A DNA stretch of 64,000 nucleotides from Antedon mediterranea (Eukaryota > Animalia > Echinodermata), in contig NC_092672.1 in the NCBI RefSeq assembly GCF_964355755.1, forward strand, positions 24,565,237 through 24,629,236, written 5' to 3'. Every line of letters starts with the position of its first letter. Position 1 is the first letter of the stretch. Position numbers and translations under genes: made by a program. The notes beneath the pieces are model-generated. The model was not told the DNA's origin. It made no database searches and was given only the letters and a program-made list of their open reading frames with translations. Shown one piece after another: positions 48,968-64,000 of this stretch.

Positions 48968-50026
48968 GTAAGTCATAAATTAATGTTTGTATTGAGAACC
49001 ATTCAGGATCAGAATCCTAAATTTTATTCTTCATTTTAGTTTAAAATGCTTGTTCCTCAAACAGAATAGCACAAAATGTAACCTAAGAATGGAATTATTT
49101 TATTATGGTATAGAGGCTACTTGTTAATACCTTCATATTTTTTTCTTATTTGAAATTTTTATTAAATTGTCTAATTATTCTACATCTTGAATTTAACATA
49201 TTTATACCATCAAGATAGTGCAGACAAGTCAACATTAACAACAACAAAATAAACAAGTTTAAAATGCTATTTTTTGGGCTATTAAAAAGCTGCAGTTAAT
49301 CTAGAAATCATTTGGTGGATTACTGTAATTTAGTTATTAATTCTCTATTAAATAAATGTCATGAAAACTATAGCGCTTAGATTGCTTAGTGCTTGAAGTT
49401 GCTTGTTGGTATGACAACTACAACTAATGCAGATCCTGCATTGTATCTGTCTCAGAATATTCTTGTTTAATCAATCTTTTTTAAACTTTTTTAATCATTA
49501 CATTAGTAATGCTCATTTTAATACACGATTATAATATTATTGAATGCATTTCATGCATTTCTCATTTGTTTCATGCTGCACAATTTTGATGTGTCAGGCA
49601 CGTTTCTGATGGTAATGGTATCTTGGACCTTGTGTGAATGGATAAAAGGCAAACAACTTTGGGGAATACATTTTTGTTATACTGATGTTGTCACAAAAGT
49701 TTGTAGTTTTTCTGATTTCAGGATATGTTATTTGTAAAGTAATGGCATAAAATTTGAACTGAATTCAAATTGAATCAAATATTAAACTTCTTCTTCTACT
49801 AAAATGTAGAGTAGACATTACTCTATACATTGATATAAAGAATTAAATGTTTGAACAAGAAAAACTGTACTTATAGCTATTTTTTATCATACCCTACCTA
49901 AAATTGTTTAATAATCTAGAACTCAGTGTTTTGTTAACGTGTGTTCGTACATATTCATAGCTATAAACATGTGCACAACGATGCTTAAATTAAACAGAGT
50001 TATAGGCCTACCTATCATATAGTATA

Positions 50027-51349
50027 CTATCAATTATACCCGCCCCAGGGCGGGTTTCAAAATTAGTTTACAGCCTTCTCAGTACATAACACCCGACGCC
50101 ATGAGTATCTGTCTATACTCACCAACCTCCACCCCTCTTCAATAACACCCCATACTCTTTCTTAAAAACAAATTCTTCTCAGTGATGGACAAATTCAATT
50201 CAACCTAAGCTTCGAATTGAGAGGTGTATGCATAGCTACGATGGGTCTAATAATGGTTAAATGGTACATTGTGTAAATGAATAGGTGTCATATTGGCTGA
50301 TAATTAAAATATGTAATTTAGATACTGCGGTCCCCAGCCTTCTTTCTCCTTTCACCACCCCAGCCACCAACAAACCTTGACTCCTCTCCTGGACAGTTCA
50401 AATTTAGTAACTTTTCCTAGTACAATCCAATCATATAGGATGGATACTACACTACACCCCAGTACAAATTATGTTATCACTCCCAACCCATAATCCCTCA
50501 GTGGCAGTTTTCAAATACAGTTTCGGTCATGGTGATAGGCCTACATCCCCACCCCATCCGCTTCCCAGGGATGATTAAATACTTTAACATTTTCCAACCA
50601 CAATTCTGGTGTAAGCAAAATCCCCACTATCCCCTGAACCCAAACCCTATCTCCCAACCCCACTCTCCCACAATGGGCATTTTTCCCTTGAAGGATTGGT
50701 GGTGTAGTTGAACACAGTAACAGTAAACAACGTTTGTATGTTCACACAGGAATGGATGTTTGTACTGAGACAATCCAAGAGACCGATACATAGCTGGATA
50801 TGGTTAAAGTACTTTGCTAAATGTGTAAATGAATAGGTGTCATATTGGTTAATGAATAAAATATGTATATCTATATACGCCTTGCTGAGGATAATTAAAA
50901 TACTGTAAAACTTTTGTAGTATAATTTTACAATTCAATAGCCTACAACCCCGAGCCCTAGCAAAAAATGACATCACAAACCACCACACCACCCCCGCCCC
51001 ACCCCTCCCACAAAAACCCCAGGAGTCAGCGGAATTTTTTAAAATGTAGTTTAAAACCTTCCGGGTACAATTGCCATCATTTTGATACCCCATACGTATG
51101 GTTACGTGCAGAAACAGAAATTTTTATAACGAACAAACATCGAAAGTGGGGGGTTTGACCACATTTTGGTCCCTAACTTGGATCCTAGGTGGCGGATGAT
51201 GTTGAAATATAGCTTAGAACATTCCCGGTACAATTGCGGTCATTTTGATACCCCATATGTAAGATTATGTGCAGTAACAAAATGTTGTATAACGAACAAA
51301 CAAACAAACAGACAGACAAACAGACAAACTCTCTCACTTATAATATAGA
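50027..51349 (-). mobile_element. Non-autonomous Helitron
   Basis: Minus-strand 5' end A|TCTATATTATAAGTGAGAGAG followed by a (TTTG/TCTG)n microsatellite. 3' hairpin CCCGCCCTGGGGCGGG, then ATAG|T (CTAG variant). No TSD. Confidence 0.7.
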
Positions 51350-52686
51350 TATATTTATGAGAATTTTATATAAATCATTCTGTAAATTATAGAAACAGTG
51401 CTCATATTCGGAACATGGTCTCATAATCGCGTTGAGCATAGCTCATTGGCGAAAGTTCCATACTTTTTAGTTGTATGAAATAATGTCTCTGGCGGAATTT
51501 GAACATGCAACCTCTCGCTTACAGATTTTCACCAACCAGATACATTCTCTCATACAACAAATGATATGGACATGTTCATTATTTATATATGTATTGTCCC
51601 CCTGAACAATTTATTTTTACATTTATTTGTTGATTATGCCATTTTAATATCATATAATAGTTATCCACTTTGACCAAAACTTGGATTGGAAAAAAAATTA
51701 TTTACCTGAAAAAACTGTAATTTAATTAAGCAAACAAGTCAAATTGCCTGCCATACCAATGGATTTTTGGTTTGGTGTCATTTTAGTGAAAACATGATTT
51801 TTTCTTCTTTTTTTCTACGCAATTGATTAACTTGATTAAAACTACAAATAACCTATGAAAGTCTAATTTTATTAATCTTCATTTTTCATGTTTTTGGGGG
51901 ACAATACATCTTTAAAAAAACATAACCTAATGTCCTTGTTCTACATGGAACCCCCGCAGTTTAAACGCGGACAAAACCACAGAAGAATAGCTTCTCTTTG
52001 TTGAGCTATATTTGCTCACTTTATTTCTATCCATTAACATCGGCATACTATCATCAATATGTCTATCAAACCTAACTAATTCATAAGTAAATAATAATAT
52101 ATAAGATTGTCCCCACACGGAGCATTAAAGGTGTACAACAACGTTAATACAACGTATCGCCTATTGTGCACAGCTCTCATACCATGAACAGTGACTACAA
52201 GACAACAAACCGTGACTAGCCTAATTTACATATCAAGGTATCAAGGTGCGATGTACATACATAACATGACTCCCTGCAAAGATAAATTATGAAACTGACA
52301 GTATCATCACTTTTGCTTTGCATACACAACAATAGTGGCTCCTTGACGGGGAATTGATTACAATAATATTAACTACTGACATTCAATGATTGAGGTTTCT
52401 CCTTCATCTAATGTTCAAGCAGTATTGTTATAATGTTTTTTTATTGTCCTATAATTTCACACATAAATTAATTATTCCCTCAGATTTGAAATCAAAATAA
52501 AATGTACATTGACTTAGTAATGTATTTAATAATTGCCCTGATTCAATACACAACTATTAATTTAGATTGTATACTGGCTTTTTCTTTTATCCAAATGTAC
52601 ATATGAAAAACATAAGCACTCATTTTGAGGACTTGTGATGAGTTGAAAAACAAATAATAATATTATCAAGTTAAAGTTCAATACAA

Positions 52687-52805
52687 TTTTTAGTCGCGTG
52701 GACGCGACTCTATAGTTCACTATGTCGGTTGGTCGGTCTGTCGGTCCGTCGGTCCGGTATCACTATGCGTTTTAGCACGTGACTTATGGCTGTTGCCCTT
52801 GTTTT
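52687..52805 (+). mobile_element. Short Helentron-associated HINE/DINE-1-like element
   Basis: TTTTTAGTCGCGTGGACGCGACT hairpin/sub-TIR, (GTCG/GTCC)n microsatellite, partner CACGTGACT, ending CCCTTGTTTT in a T-run. Confidence 0.65.
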
Positions 52806-55800
52806 CGTAATAGTCAAATGAATACAAAACAGAAAATATATGTAAGTTACACAATTTGTTTAAAAAGTAGCATGAAAACATATAAAATAAAATACATGAT
52901 TAAAGGTAATGACCATTACAGGAACCAGAACTTAAAATAAATAAATAAAATCAACAGAAATATAGAAAATAGCATATTATTTTCATCAGAAAAATTATTA
53001 TATAAAAGTTTTTCTAATTAGAAACAATGGTTAAATGAAGACTATTCCACTTATATTTGAGGTAAAACATAATTTTTTGTTTAAAATAATTGCCAAACTC
53101 TGCAATCCTCCAAAACACATAGCAAACCTCATTTAAACAACAAAAAAGTGATTGAATAAGTAGTGTACAACTCACTTGGTTTGTCAATTAAAATGTAAAT
53201 ATATTTTTGTTAAATACTTAAATTTGTGGTTAAGCATCATTTTTGGGTTTAAAAAATAATTTCTAAACCTTCACTCTCGAATTAGAGGGGGCGTAATCAC
53301 CAGCCCAAACAATGTTACAGTACTGTATAAGTGAAACATTTTATTTTAATTTCTTTAGAATACTAATAAATTTAGATACTGTATTTTATTTGATAAAAAT
53401 TGTTGGCAGCCAATAATCCAATTAAAAGACCAAGGAATGCTTCACTTATTAATTTTCCATTACAAAAATATAACAATTGTTGTGTGTAAATTTATATCTA
53501 ATATAATTTGTTTTAGCTGTATTAATTAATAATTGGTTTGTAGTGAACCATTCACTAGCTTACTTAACTCTAAATTTAAAAAGTTTAACAAGACATCAAT
53601 ATTGATATAAAGTTGTATATAGCGAAACAACTTGAAAATATCATGGATAACAACATCAAAAGTTTTTTGATAAATCTAGAAAAGTACTTAATAAAATTAA
53701 TTGTTTTTAAATGCAGTATTACCAGAATTAGAGAGTTTAGGAAAGGCATGACAAGTGGTATGGTATGCATACATATTTCAATATTTTTTTTTAAATGGTT
53801 AAAATTAAGATTGGTAAATATTAATATATAAAGTACTGTATATCCGTTTTGAAATACAAGATTAACTTAAAATTGTAATATGATTAGGTAAATAACCCAT
53901 CATGAATGATTAATTGATGGCGTATGTGAGATGGCTTATAATTAAGGAGCAACCTTTTTAAGAATCATGCTCTAAACCTTTACTAGAATTCAAATTACTA
54001 ATTATATTAAGCACTTCTGTTTCAGATATAAATGAGAGGCTTTATGGGAGGTAGTAATTAAGAGATTAGGTCTTTGGTATTTTTAGGTTAGAATTACAGA
54101 GTTTTACACATTTTTGAAAAATAATTTAATTACATTCTGGCTAATTATATTTGTATCATAAAAATATTCATCAATCATTTTTTAAACATGAGGTGTATTT
54201 TTACTTTCTTTACCGGGATTAATTACAGAATGTATTACTTCTCATTTGTTATGTTACATTTAATCTGATTGAATTTAGTTTTGTAGCATTTTTTTCTTTG
54301 AAATTTTACAGAGTGCAGTAATATTGTTGCTATACTTTTTATATCTTGAGATATTTGAACATTTATGAATTTGTTAAAGTTTATGCTTATGTTTACTAAC
54401 TTTGTTTAGATGGTGTAGGTAGAGTGGTGTCATCCATAGTTGTTTTAGTGTTTGGTTTTTTTTTTCTTGCTGCAAAAGTATATAAAAAAATGTATCCAAC
54501 ATTAGAATTAACTGTATAGTTTAGACGAATCAGTTTGAGAAAGATCAAAGCAAAATGCCCCTATATCTCTAGGCCTATATGTGCGAAAATGTTAAAAACC
54601 CCTTAATGCAGGCTACGGTTAGACCACCTCTGGGCCTAGTAAAATTGCAGTAATATTACCGTCACGGTCGTACTGTAAGCCTGATTTGTGTGAAGAGTCC
54701 ACGGTATAAGGCCTGCTTACGCAGCGAAGCATTGATAAATTCGGGACATTTTACTTGATTGAGAAAGACTGTGGCAATTATTTTAGGCCAAATTATTAGA
54801 TTATATCAATATGTATTTTTTTAGGTTAAATAATACAATGGAAGAATACGGGCAATATTAATAAAAATATAACAGATGTTGGTCCAAAGATTATTTAACT
54901 TGCTGTAACGTACGTAAGCCTAGGCCCTAGTTAGCATAGTTCTAGCGGGAATATCCTGTGGTGTGCGCGCCTGGTGCTAGCTCATAACAGCTTCTGATAA
55001 TTAAATTCGCGTCTATTTGTAGGCCTAATAGATTTTGTTTCTGTATAATGGCCATCACGATCGGGCAGTTTTAGCACGGAGTGGTGTTGGGCATATTGCC
55101 GCAATTCTATGTGAAAAGGGCTTAATTCAGTCTGAATGGTCAGACGTCAACCACAATCATTTATTTTTTAAATAGGTAAATGATCAGAGATGTCTGAATT
55201 GTAATACCCGATAAAATATCAAAATTGGTAGGCCTATTGTTTGTTTAAAAATAATCAATAAGTAATTCTGCATTAGTTTTTGTAATTCTTGTTGGTTTAG
55301 AAATCGTAGGGAAAAAAGTACAATAGTTGATAAGATGATATAAAATAATTATTAAATAGATTATGCTTATTAAATTTGATTAAAACAATTAATTTATAAT
55401 AACCGCAAAATATTCTCTATGTTATTTACATTTCAGTTGACTTGTAAATAAAGCCAATTATAGAATTCTTTTTTGTTTAATGATTTATAAAAAGCGAATC
55501 TCATATAGTTCTTTTGTCAATAATAAATCTGGTTATATTTTGTAATAAAAAAAATCAATAATTGTGTTCTGAAATGTTCATAACAGTTTTATTAAATACA
55601 TTATGCGTATGACAAAGGTGGTGATTTGTTTAGAATTTCTGAATCATAAACTATCAATTGTACATTGTACCTACTTACTGTAAGTCATGACCAACATATA
55701 GTATATATGTTTAAAGATTACCATTTTTAATCATTTTCCTTCATTAAATGCTTTTTCTGGATGTCGGCAGCCGGCATAAAAGTGTGTTGCCTTCATAGCC

Positions 55801-58787
55801 TTAGCTTTTCGAATTACAATGGATCTCTGCTGCTGCGCCTATAAATGATAATGTGTCTTAGGCATACTGTAGATCTTCACCTTGATTTTTCCAGTTCAGT
55901 GTGCATTTTTCAATCAAAATATTATTTAAGCCAAGATCAGTTTTAAATATGTCCTTTACAAGTTGCATTGGATCTTTTCCTTGATGTCACCAAATCTTGG
56001 GCTGTAGCTTCTAGAATGCCTTTCAACTCGTAGCAATTCAGCTTCCATGTAGCTATTGTATCCTGATCCTGTTTAGATTTGATGTTTCACACATTCATGT
56101 CAAACTATCCGTTGTAGTTTTAAATTTATCCTTAAGTTTTACTTTGAAGTTCCATAACATTTCTGTTTAGCAATGCTTGTTAGCCTTGCTTTAGTGATGC
56201 TCTTTCCTTGTCAATCCTAGTATTTATCAGCTGCTAAGCTACCCATTTCACCACTCAATGCATTCATTCAACATTTTTTACTTGGGGTACCCGAGTCTAG
56301 GACTCTCTCTTCTTCTCCATCTGGACACTACAGAGCCAACTTTCAAGTCCTACTAGTTCTTCACGCATTTCATGTCTGCCAGCTCTGAAACATATACTAG
56401 GGTAATAGGTGAACGAAGTTATAGAGAGAAAATGTTCATACTTCAATCGTCAATTATGACGTCATAAACATGGTACCAATCGAAAAAAGTGCGATTTATA
56501 AAGTACTACTCCTCCCTTATTCGTTGTAGTACTTCTGCTCCCGGAAATAGCAAAAAAATAACCGTATTTGGTTGCAAGGTTATTGATGTGTATGTGACGT
56601 TACATCCTGTCTTCTGACGTCATTACAGCTTCTTTTGCTGTACCCCGAGTATCGCAAATTCGTGCTTGTTTATTTATAGCATGTTCAGTAGGCTCAGTTT
56701 TTTTACCTATACTATGAATTTGTGTTTTTCTTGTATTCATAGTTCGAGATAAAGCACTAATAATGTGTTATGAATACTCAGGCTTATATTCTTAGTAAAA
56801 TGTAATGACTTTAGAATGATCAACTGTTGGGAATTAAATATTATGCAGAGCAAGTATGTCTTCACTCAGAGATGTCCATAGCACTTTAATTTTACTGTAA
56901 ATAAGAATTTGAGTTCTCTACACTAAGGTTATTCACATGACAGTATGTAATAGTGATATGTAAAAGGAATTTAAATAATAAATCATAATAATCAGAAATA
57001 GAAAAATTTATTTAATTAATACAAATTGTTCAATACAATTTAAAATATTAATATTCCTGGAGTATTATTACAAATAGATAATCATTTCAATTTGTAGCAT
57101 TCAAAATACAGTAGGAAGGTTTGTTTATAATTTTGTAATTGTATTACTCGATGGGTAGACACCCAAAAAATGTAATTTTTTTTACTCCATCTTTGGTATT
57201 GCAATCTTTGAAAATTACCTTCTTTTTCAATGAGCTTGCATGAATCTTCGACTGTCTGACGTTTTCAATTCTCCTTCTTTTTATTTAGATATATTGTTTT
57301 TTGTATCATCTTCTTTACAACTTTTTTATTATTTTTTTCTGGGAGCCTAGGCGTAAAGTTTTTAAACTTATATAGGTTTCCTTCTACATATACAGTAGTA
57401 TGTTTTTTACCACAAGTGTTTGTATAATTATTATTTTATGTATTTTTGTGTGGAGAACATTTATTGAATATTTATTTATTGAATATTGAATAAAAAAATC
57501 AAAAAAATCATAATATAATAATTTTGTGTATGTATGCTAAAAATGCCTTAGTAAACATGTGAACTCACATGTTGTATGAATACCATTGGGCTACTGGTTT
57601 AAATTTTGGTTTATATCTAGTAGGACTAATAATACAATTAATGTGCATTACTAGAGTAAGCTAAGCTTGTGGCATGTTTTGAAATTAAAATGACCATTTT
57701 GATTAACTGGCATATATACAGTAAATGAAAGTGTGAAACTATTGTATATTGTATTGAGTATAGGTGTACTATTTAATGTTATGATTTTCTAAAAACCAAA
57801 TGATGGTTACCTCACTAATAGAGTTAGCCTAGGCATCTAGGCTTATAATAGGCCTACTAGACAATATGTGAAAAGATAATTAAATAAAATAATTTTTGTC
57901 TTTTTCTCTTTGGACATTGGAATCAATCATAAATACATTTAGATTTTTTTTCTGTTACTTAGATTTTTTTCATTCATACTTCTTAAATTATGTAACTGTA
58001 GTAAAAGAATTGTCATGCAATCATTTCATGCAACATGGAAATATTGCTGTTTTAGGACATGACATCATGACTCAGGTTTTCATAGCCATACAAGACTCTC
58101 CTAATTTTTACTAATGATTTGTATGGTTTCAGGCTTTTACTGTTTTTAATATTGTATTGGTGTTATGTGTGTCAGTTATTTTAAACCTAAACTTTTAACT
58201 GTTTATGATTTTAATAAACTTCACCAGTGTATTTTCGTTTTTGAACATGTCGTCAAAAAACTCCCTTCTTATTTTTCAAATTTTTTAAATTTTCTTAACA
58301 CACTCAGAAATTCACTGTTACAATACTAGAGCCTCACATTCCCTTCATCTTCTTTTGACTAAACTTACTTTAATTCTACACATGTCCGATATAGTTGCAG
58401 TAATTATTTAATGCACTTCCTAATAATATCACATGTACCCCGATCTCAAGGAATTGTTTTCTGTATTTTAAGTAAAAAACTACCTTTCTTCAAATCACTA
58501 GTATATTTTAAATGATTATTGTCAGCCGTTTTTCATCTCCTCTACTACAGTAGTCCAGATCCCTATGTATTTTCGTGTGCAGATCATGGGGAAAGTGTAA
58601 ACATTGTGTTTTATGAATATTTGAATCATGCTGGTTTGACCTCTGACCTCAATTTGAATGTTTTGACCCATTGAAAACAAAATGGTCATATCTTTGCAAC
58701 GCTTATTTTAAATGAAATAATTTTAGTGTCAAATTATTTGGGAGATGCATATTAATATTCGTTTGATTCTTGGGTTATTGGTATTAA

Positions 58788-60345
58788 CTAGATGGCACGC
58801 TCGCTTCGCTCGCGTACCATCTAGGTCGTGCCCACAGATGGTTCTCGAATACACAGTATTTCCAGCGAGAAAAAAATGGAGATTTCAAGTGTACGTACCG
58901 CAGGACTATAATACATTGTCGTTTACAGAAACGAATAAATATACACAATGATTTATGTAGTAAACCAAAATTAGCACCCTGGGAATTACTTCCGAGAGAG
59001 AAACAAAATGAGTCAAAATTTTTTATTTGGACTCATTTAAACAAACCCAATTTGTGTTTTGTATGTAACATTAAGGGTTGAGGGATGGGGGAAGAAGATA
59101 GGTACAAAGAGGAAACATTTTAAAATATATTCTTATCCACTCAGTAATGAAATATTGTTTTTAATGTGTTATAGGCCTATAAATAATATACCACTAAATA
59201 CAGTAAAACATTTACGATTTGATACGGTACTTTGTTAAAACTCTCACTGTCATAGTCGATTGAAATAGTAAAGTACATGTAACGATACACCACTACGACG
59301 TTTATATATTTTTAAATTATTAATTAATACAAACGTTGAGAAGCAACTGTCAGTAATAACGTTTATTTATTTGTATATTATATGTTTATAATCTAACAGT
59401 AGGGCCTACCCACACTCACAGTAATAAAGTTTATTTGTATATATTTTTATATTACATCTAACAGTACCAACACTCACAGTAAGAAATTTGCGATTCAAAT
59501 TGCCATCAAAAGTGGTTAATACCTTAACAGTATTGTACAGCATTGCAATACTATTTATGTTTATTCTCCAAGGGGGCCCATAAATCTAAATCTATACTTC
59601 TATGGTTAAACCAAATAATTTGGAATGTTTATTTGTATATTATATGTTTATAATCTAACAGTAGGGCCTACCCACACTCACAGTAATAAAGTTTATTTGT
59701 ATATATTTTTATATTACATCTAACAGTACCAACACTCACAGTAAGAAATTTGCGATTCAAATTGCGATCAAAAGTGGTTAATACCTTAACAGTATTGTAC
59801 AGCATTGCAATACTATTTATGTTTATTCTCCAAGGGGGCCCATAAATCTAAATCTATACCTCTATGGTTAAACCAAATAATTTGGAATGTTCCATTCATC
59901 ACAAATAAATACATTTGTAAAAACGTATATTAAATGTATCAAAATAGTATTTTTTAAAGAAAATCGGCCTGTCTTCAACATTATGATGCTGTACTCGAAC
60001 TGTTCAACCGGTTTTCAGCTATTAAAAACAATTATCGTAGGAGGAGATAGGAAAATGCGAAGCCTCCTCGCATTTTTGTGGCGGGTATTTTTCAAGATGG
60101 ACATCCATTAGACAGTGTATACCACGATCGGAAAACACCCCTATTTGGGGCAAATCGTTGAACCTAAATTCGTTTTAATCGTCAATAACTAATTATCTAA
60201 CTTAATTTAATTAGTAAACAGGGTTACATCAGGTGGTTAAAATCAGTACCGAAAGTACGAACCAACTTTATATACCATCGAGTAAAAATTCTAGAAGTAA
60301 GGCGCGATTTACCGAATTTTGCCCTTACGTAAATTTATATATAGA
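58788..60345 (-). mobile_element. Non-autonomous Helitron, complete
   Basis: Minus-strand 5' end A|TCTATATATAAA; 3' hairpin ACGCGAGCGAAGCGAGCGT then GCCATCTAG|T. Inserted between A and T with no TSD, confirmed by neighbouring empty repeat units. Confidence 0.85.
59366..59890. repeat. ~261-bp tandem duplication inside the Helitron
   Basis: TTTATTTGTATATTATATGTTTATAATCTAACAGTAGGGCC...CCAAATAATTTGGAATGTT occurs twice, nearly identical. Confidence 0.9.
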
Positions 60346-61112
60346 TGCTACCCCCTACCCCAAAAATGTCTTTTTATTGCAATTTTGAAGAATAATAAAA
60401 TTATATGACAATGGTATTAATGCACTGCAATTTTTTTCATGTTAACACACATTTTGTTATTCCATGTCAGTAAACACAAGTAACACACAATTAAAATGAA
60501 AAGTATTGAACAAATTGGAGATTTGATATTGAAATGTATCTCATTATAGCAAATATTTGCAATTTTGCAAAAGGTCAGTGACCTTTTTGACCTCTACTGA
60601 CCTTAAACATGGTTCGATTAATTTTATTAAAATTCTATATGATTAAAAAACACGAGTGCTACACAACGACACCAAGATCATACTAATTAGATGTTTGATT
60701 CATGGGTTATTGCTATTAATGTTACACCCTACCCAAAAAAATGTATTTTTATTGCAATTTTTAAGAATAAAAAATGATAATTTGTGTATAATGAACTGCA
60801 ATTTTAATCTTGTTAACATATATTTTCTTATTCAATATGTCAGTAAGCACAAGTAAAACACAATTAAGATAAAAAATATTGAAAATTGTAGATACGATAT
60901 TGAAATTTATCTATATTTTGGGAAAAATTTGCATTTTGCAAAAGTTCAATGACCTTTTGACCTCTAATGACCTTAATAATCTTCCGATTAATTTTATTTA
61001 AATGTTAAAAGATTTTAAAAGATGTATGCTACACAATGTTACTAAGATAATACTAATTAGATGTTGGATTCTTGGGTTATTAGGATAAATGTTACCCCCT
61101 ACCCCAAAAAAT
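60346..61112. repeat. Diverged ~370-bp tandem repeat, continuing left of the Helitron to ~58600
   Basis: AC(C/A)CCCTACCC(C)AAAAA at about 60350, 60724 and 61094. TGACCTCT..TGACCT and GATTC(T/A)TGGGTTATT recur in each unit. Confidence 0.75.
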
Positions 61113-64000
61113 ATTTGAAGATAAAACACTGATGATCATTACAAATGACGCAAGTACATACAATGCATCCCTATATTTTTCTTGTTAACATCGATTTTTT
61201 CACTCTATATGTCCGTGGGAAGAAAATGATACCAAAGAAGTTTAACTGTGGGGGGGGGGGGAGGGTGCACGGTAACTCCCCTCCAGCCCATGGACTATAA
61301 GGTGACAGGGAGAAAATTAAATGAAAACTTTCTCAATAATATTTCTCTGCTCAAATGCTGGATTGTAATGAGTTTTTAATAGTAAATGTGTCCATATAAT
61401 TTATTGTTTGTTAAGTAGCTGGTCTTTTACCACACTGATGTTTAATGTGAAATGGTTAAATGTATTCAGAGTGAGATCTGACAATGTAAATTATCTTAAT
61501 TAAAATCATTTACATTAAAAACTTTCAATTGTATTTATATTATATTTTATTAATTTTAAGTGCTGTTTTTAAAATACAATTGCAGTCTACCAAATCATGG
61601 AGCTATAAAGCTCAATGAGACTAAACACTATTAACTTGTGATGTACACAGCCTATTTAATACTAAGTTGAAATGCCATTATTAGACATTTTTAATCATTG
61701 ATTTATTTAGAGAAATTAATAAAACTTCACCAGAATAATATGTTCACATTTTGTAGTAATACACTACCAACATGTATAGATAGTATTTACAATACCCATC
61801 TGAATAATTATACTACACCTTAATCTGAATACCTTATCCAATCTGAATACCTTATCCAATCTGAATACAGTGTTTAAACAGCAAATACTGTTTTGTAATT
61901 AATTCATTCCATAAGACCATAATTTAACATAAAATAAAATAGTCATAAAATTAAATCTTCTTTATTTTAATATATTCCTCTTTTTGTTTTCTTTTGAAAA
62001 AGATTTTAATACACCAAAAAAAAAAACAACACAAATATAAACATCTACCCTGTATACACATGGGGTCAGATCATTTTTCTATTTGACCTATTCGCTTCCC
62101 TTCAATATCTACATCCGTCGCTAGGACAGAATAATCTGGATTTTTTTGTTTTACATTAATCCAAGTTAATCAACTACCACACTTTATTTCAAATAATAAC
62201 ATTTTTTAGCATAAATATTTTTTTTGTTAAATGGCTGCATAATTAGTTATCCACACCTTGGCGGATAACTCCTTGTGATTGTATAAAATCATCATCAACT
62301 TTTTTTATCTGTATTATTCTTCTTTCATTCCATATTTCATAACTTTGTAAAGTTTTGTGCACCTCCTACTTTTTAAAAACGTCAGAGTTGCGCAACATGA
62401 CTTTCGCACGATTTTATGAATTTAAATGATTGATCATAGATTAAAAACCAAACGTCATTTTGTATTGACATTTTTTAAATTTAAGTCATATCAAGAGTAA
62501 CTTTCTGTGGATTGAAAATGCCATGCGTCACACAAAGTTACGCGCACAAGATTTTTTCTTACAACCAACACATGCAATTGCTGTAACTAATAATGCGTAT
62601 TTTCATTATAAGCCTTAAAAGAATTGAAAAGTCAATTAAACCATATCAAATTTTATTTTAATGATTTTACTGATTTTGATTTTAAATGTATTATGGCTAC
62701 CCTTACAGTACATGATGGCATTGTTAACCCTATTTCACATTGACCATTCTTATTATTTTAAATGCATAATTATGGCTACTCATACATGCTGATTGCATTC
62801 TTAACCCTATTTCACATTGACTATTCTTTTTATTGTACAAGTTACTAAATGTTTTAGTTTACTTAATTCACTTCCCACAATCTTAATCAATAATCACCTT
62901 GACAAATTTCAATATAAATTTACCTCCTGGTTCATCCTGTTTTTCATCACTGTTTTCCTCCTTGTACTCTATTTGCACAAACTAAAATATATGACATAAT
63001 CAATGTTAACCGGCTGAAAACATCTATTGAAATCCTCCATACATTATGTAGAAGAGCTGACTATTGCAATATGCTTTATTAGTTGATGCCATTCAAAAAG
63101 ATTGTATAATAAGTATAATTAAGAATCATAACAACAATATGTCTGTACATATTAAGGATGAATGTATTATAACAATTAAATAACACATAACACATAACAG
63201 CAAAATGTATACTCATGCTTTAAATCAAAAGCTATTACTTCTCGTGTTTTAAACAAATGGAATGTTGCTCTCAACGCCCAAAACATAAATCCGATAAAGA
63301 ATGAAAAATGAAAAAATAAACTAAATTATAAACCATTACATAAAATTGTTCCAACTAATTTACAGCTGTATCTAAAAATTGAAAAAAATGAATGTTATAT
63401 ATGTGTTATTGAAAATGAAAAGCATATGTTCTTTTATATTGTATACATAACAAATTATGGAAAAATATTGATAACATTTTTATAGGAATAGACAATAGCA
63501 GAAGTTCATAAAGTAGGGCCTACCTCTTTAATGCAGGCTCAGATTGTCTACAGTATATACATATATACAGTGCAATGCTTTAAGTATCTAATACCTTGCA
63601 ATTTTATATTCTTTTAACAATAATAATAATAATGCATTTTTTCTCATATTTGTATAATTTTCTAACAATTTGAATAAAATAGGTGTTTATCAAGTCAATA
63701 CTGTATTCAAATTTAGGAACAGCTTAATCACAAAATAATTGGATTATTGTGCACTTTGTAATATTAATAATTCATTATATGATGTATTAATACTTTAACA
63801 CTTTTTTATTGTATCTTGAACTTTGTTGTTATCATTGATACAATAATACATGAATCAAGTGTCAACAATTATAGAGCATTCATATTAACAGTTAATGTTG
63901 ACTGATATGATTTTACTGTACCTTTCATCTCATCTTGAAAATTAAAAAAGTGAATAAAAATTAATCAAATATTAAAAATAATTTAAATATAAAGCTGATG

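Noticed and set aside
55740-56400. Coding-like composition on the minus strand
   Set aside because: No sustained frame or recognisable motif; probably an old TE remnant that cannot be assigned by eye.
63486-63550. Possible third ankyrin exon (AATGCAGGCTCAGAT, NAGSD-like)
   Set aside because: No TPLH-like start, no 99-bp AG/GT-bounded open frame.

Overview
AT-rich eukaryotic DNA with spliceosomal introns, probably from a marine invertebrate (echinoderm-like TAGGCCTA-rich composition; inference), dominated by nested transposable elements. From left to right: (1) an apparently intact 8-exon, 1250-aa DDE-transposase-like gene on the minus strand (DUF6729-like); (2) a PIF/Harbinger deletion derivative with a MADF remnant; (3) an internally deleted Academ element; (4) nested MULE-type foldback MITEs with 9-bp TSDs; (5) two 5'-truncated CR1/L2-group LINEs; (6) a 7.2-kb non-autonomous Sola3-like element carrying one of those LINEs and two Tc1/mariner MITEs; (7) a 5S rRNA+tRNA+Deu-domain SINE between ~145-bp direct repeats, each containing a hammerhead-like motif; (8) a terminally complete Kolobok element (THAP-DDE transposase plus a convergent KolX/P2X7-ballast-like gene); (9) several Helitrons and Helentron-type HINEs. 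The only clear host-gene exons are two 99-bp single-ankyrin-repeat exons ~15 kb apart on the + strand. All calls come from reading the sequence by eye. Family names rest on remembered motifs and termini, not on database searches.
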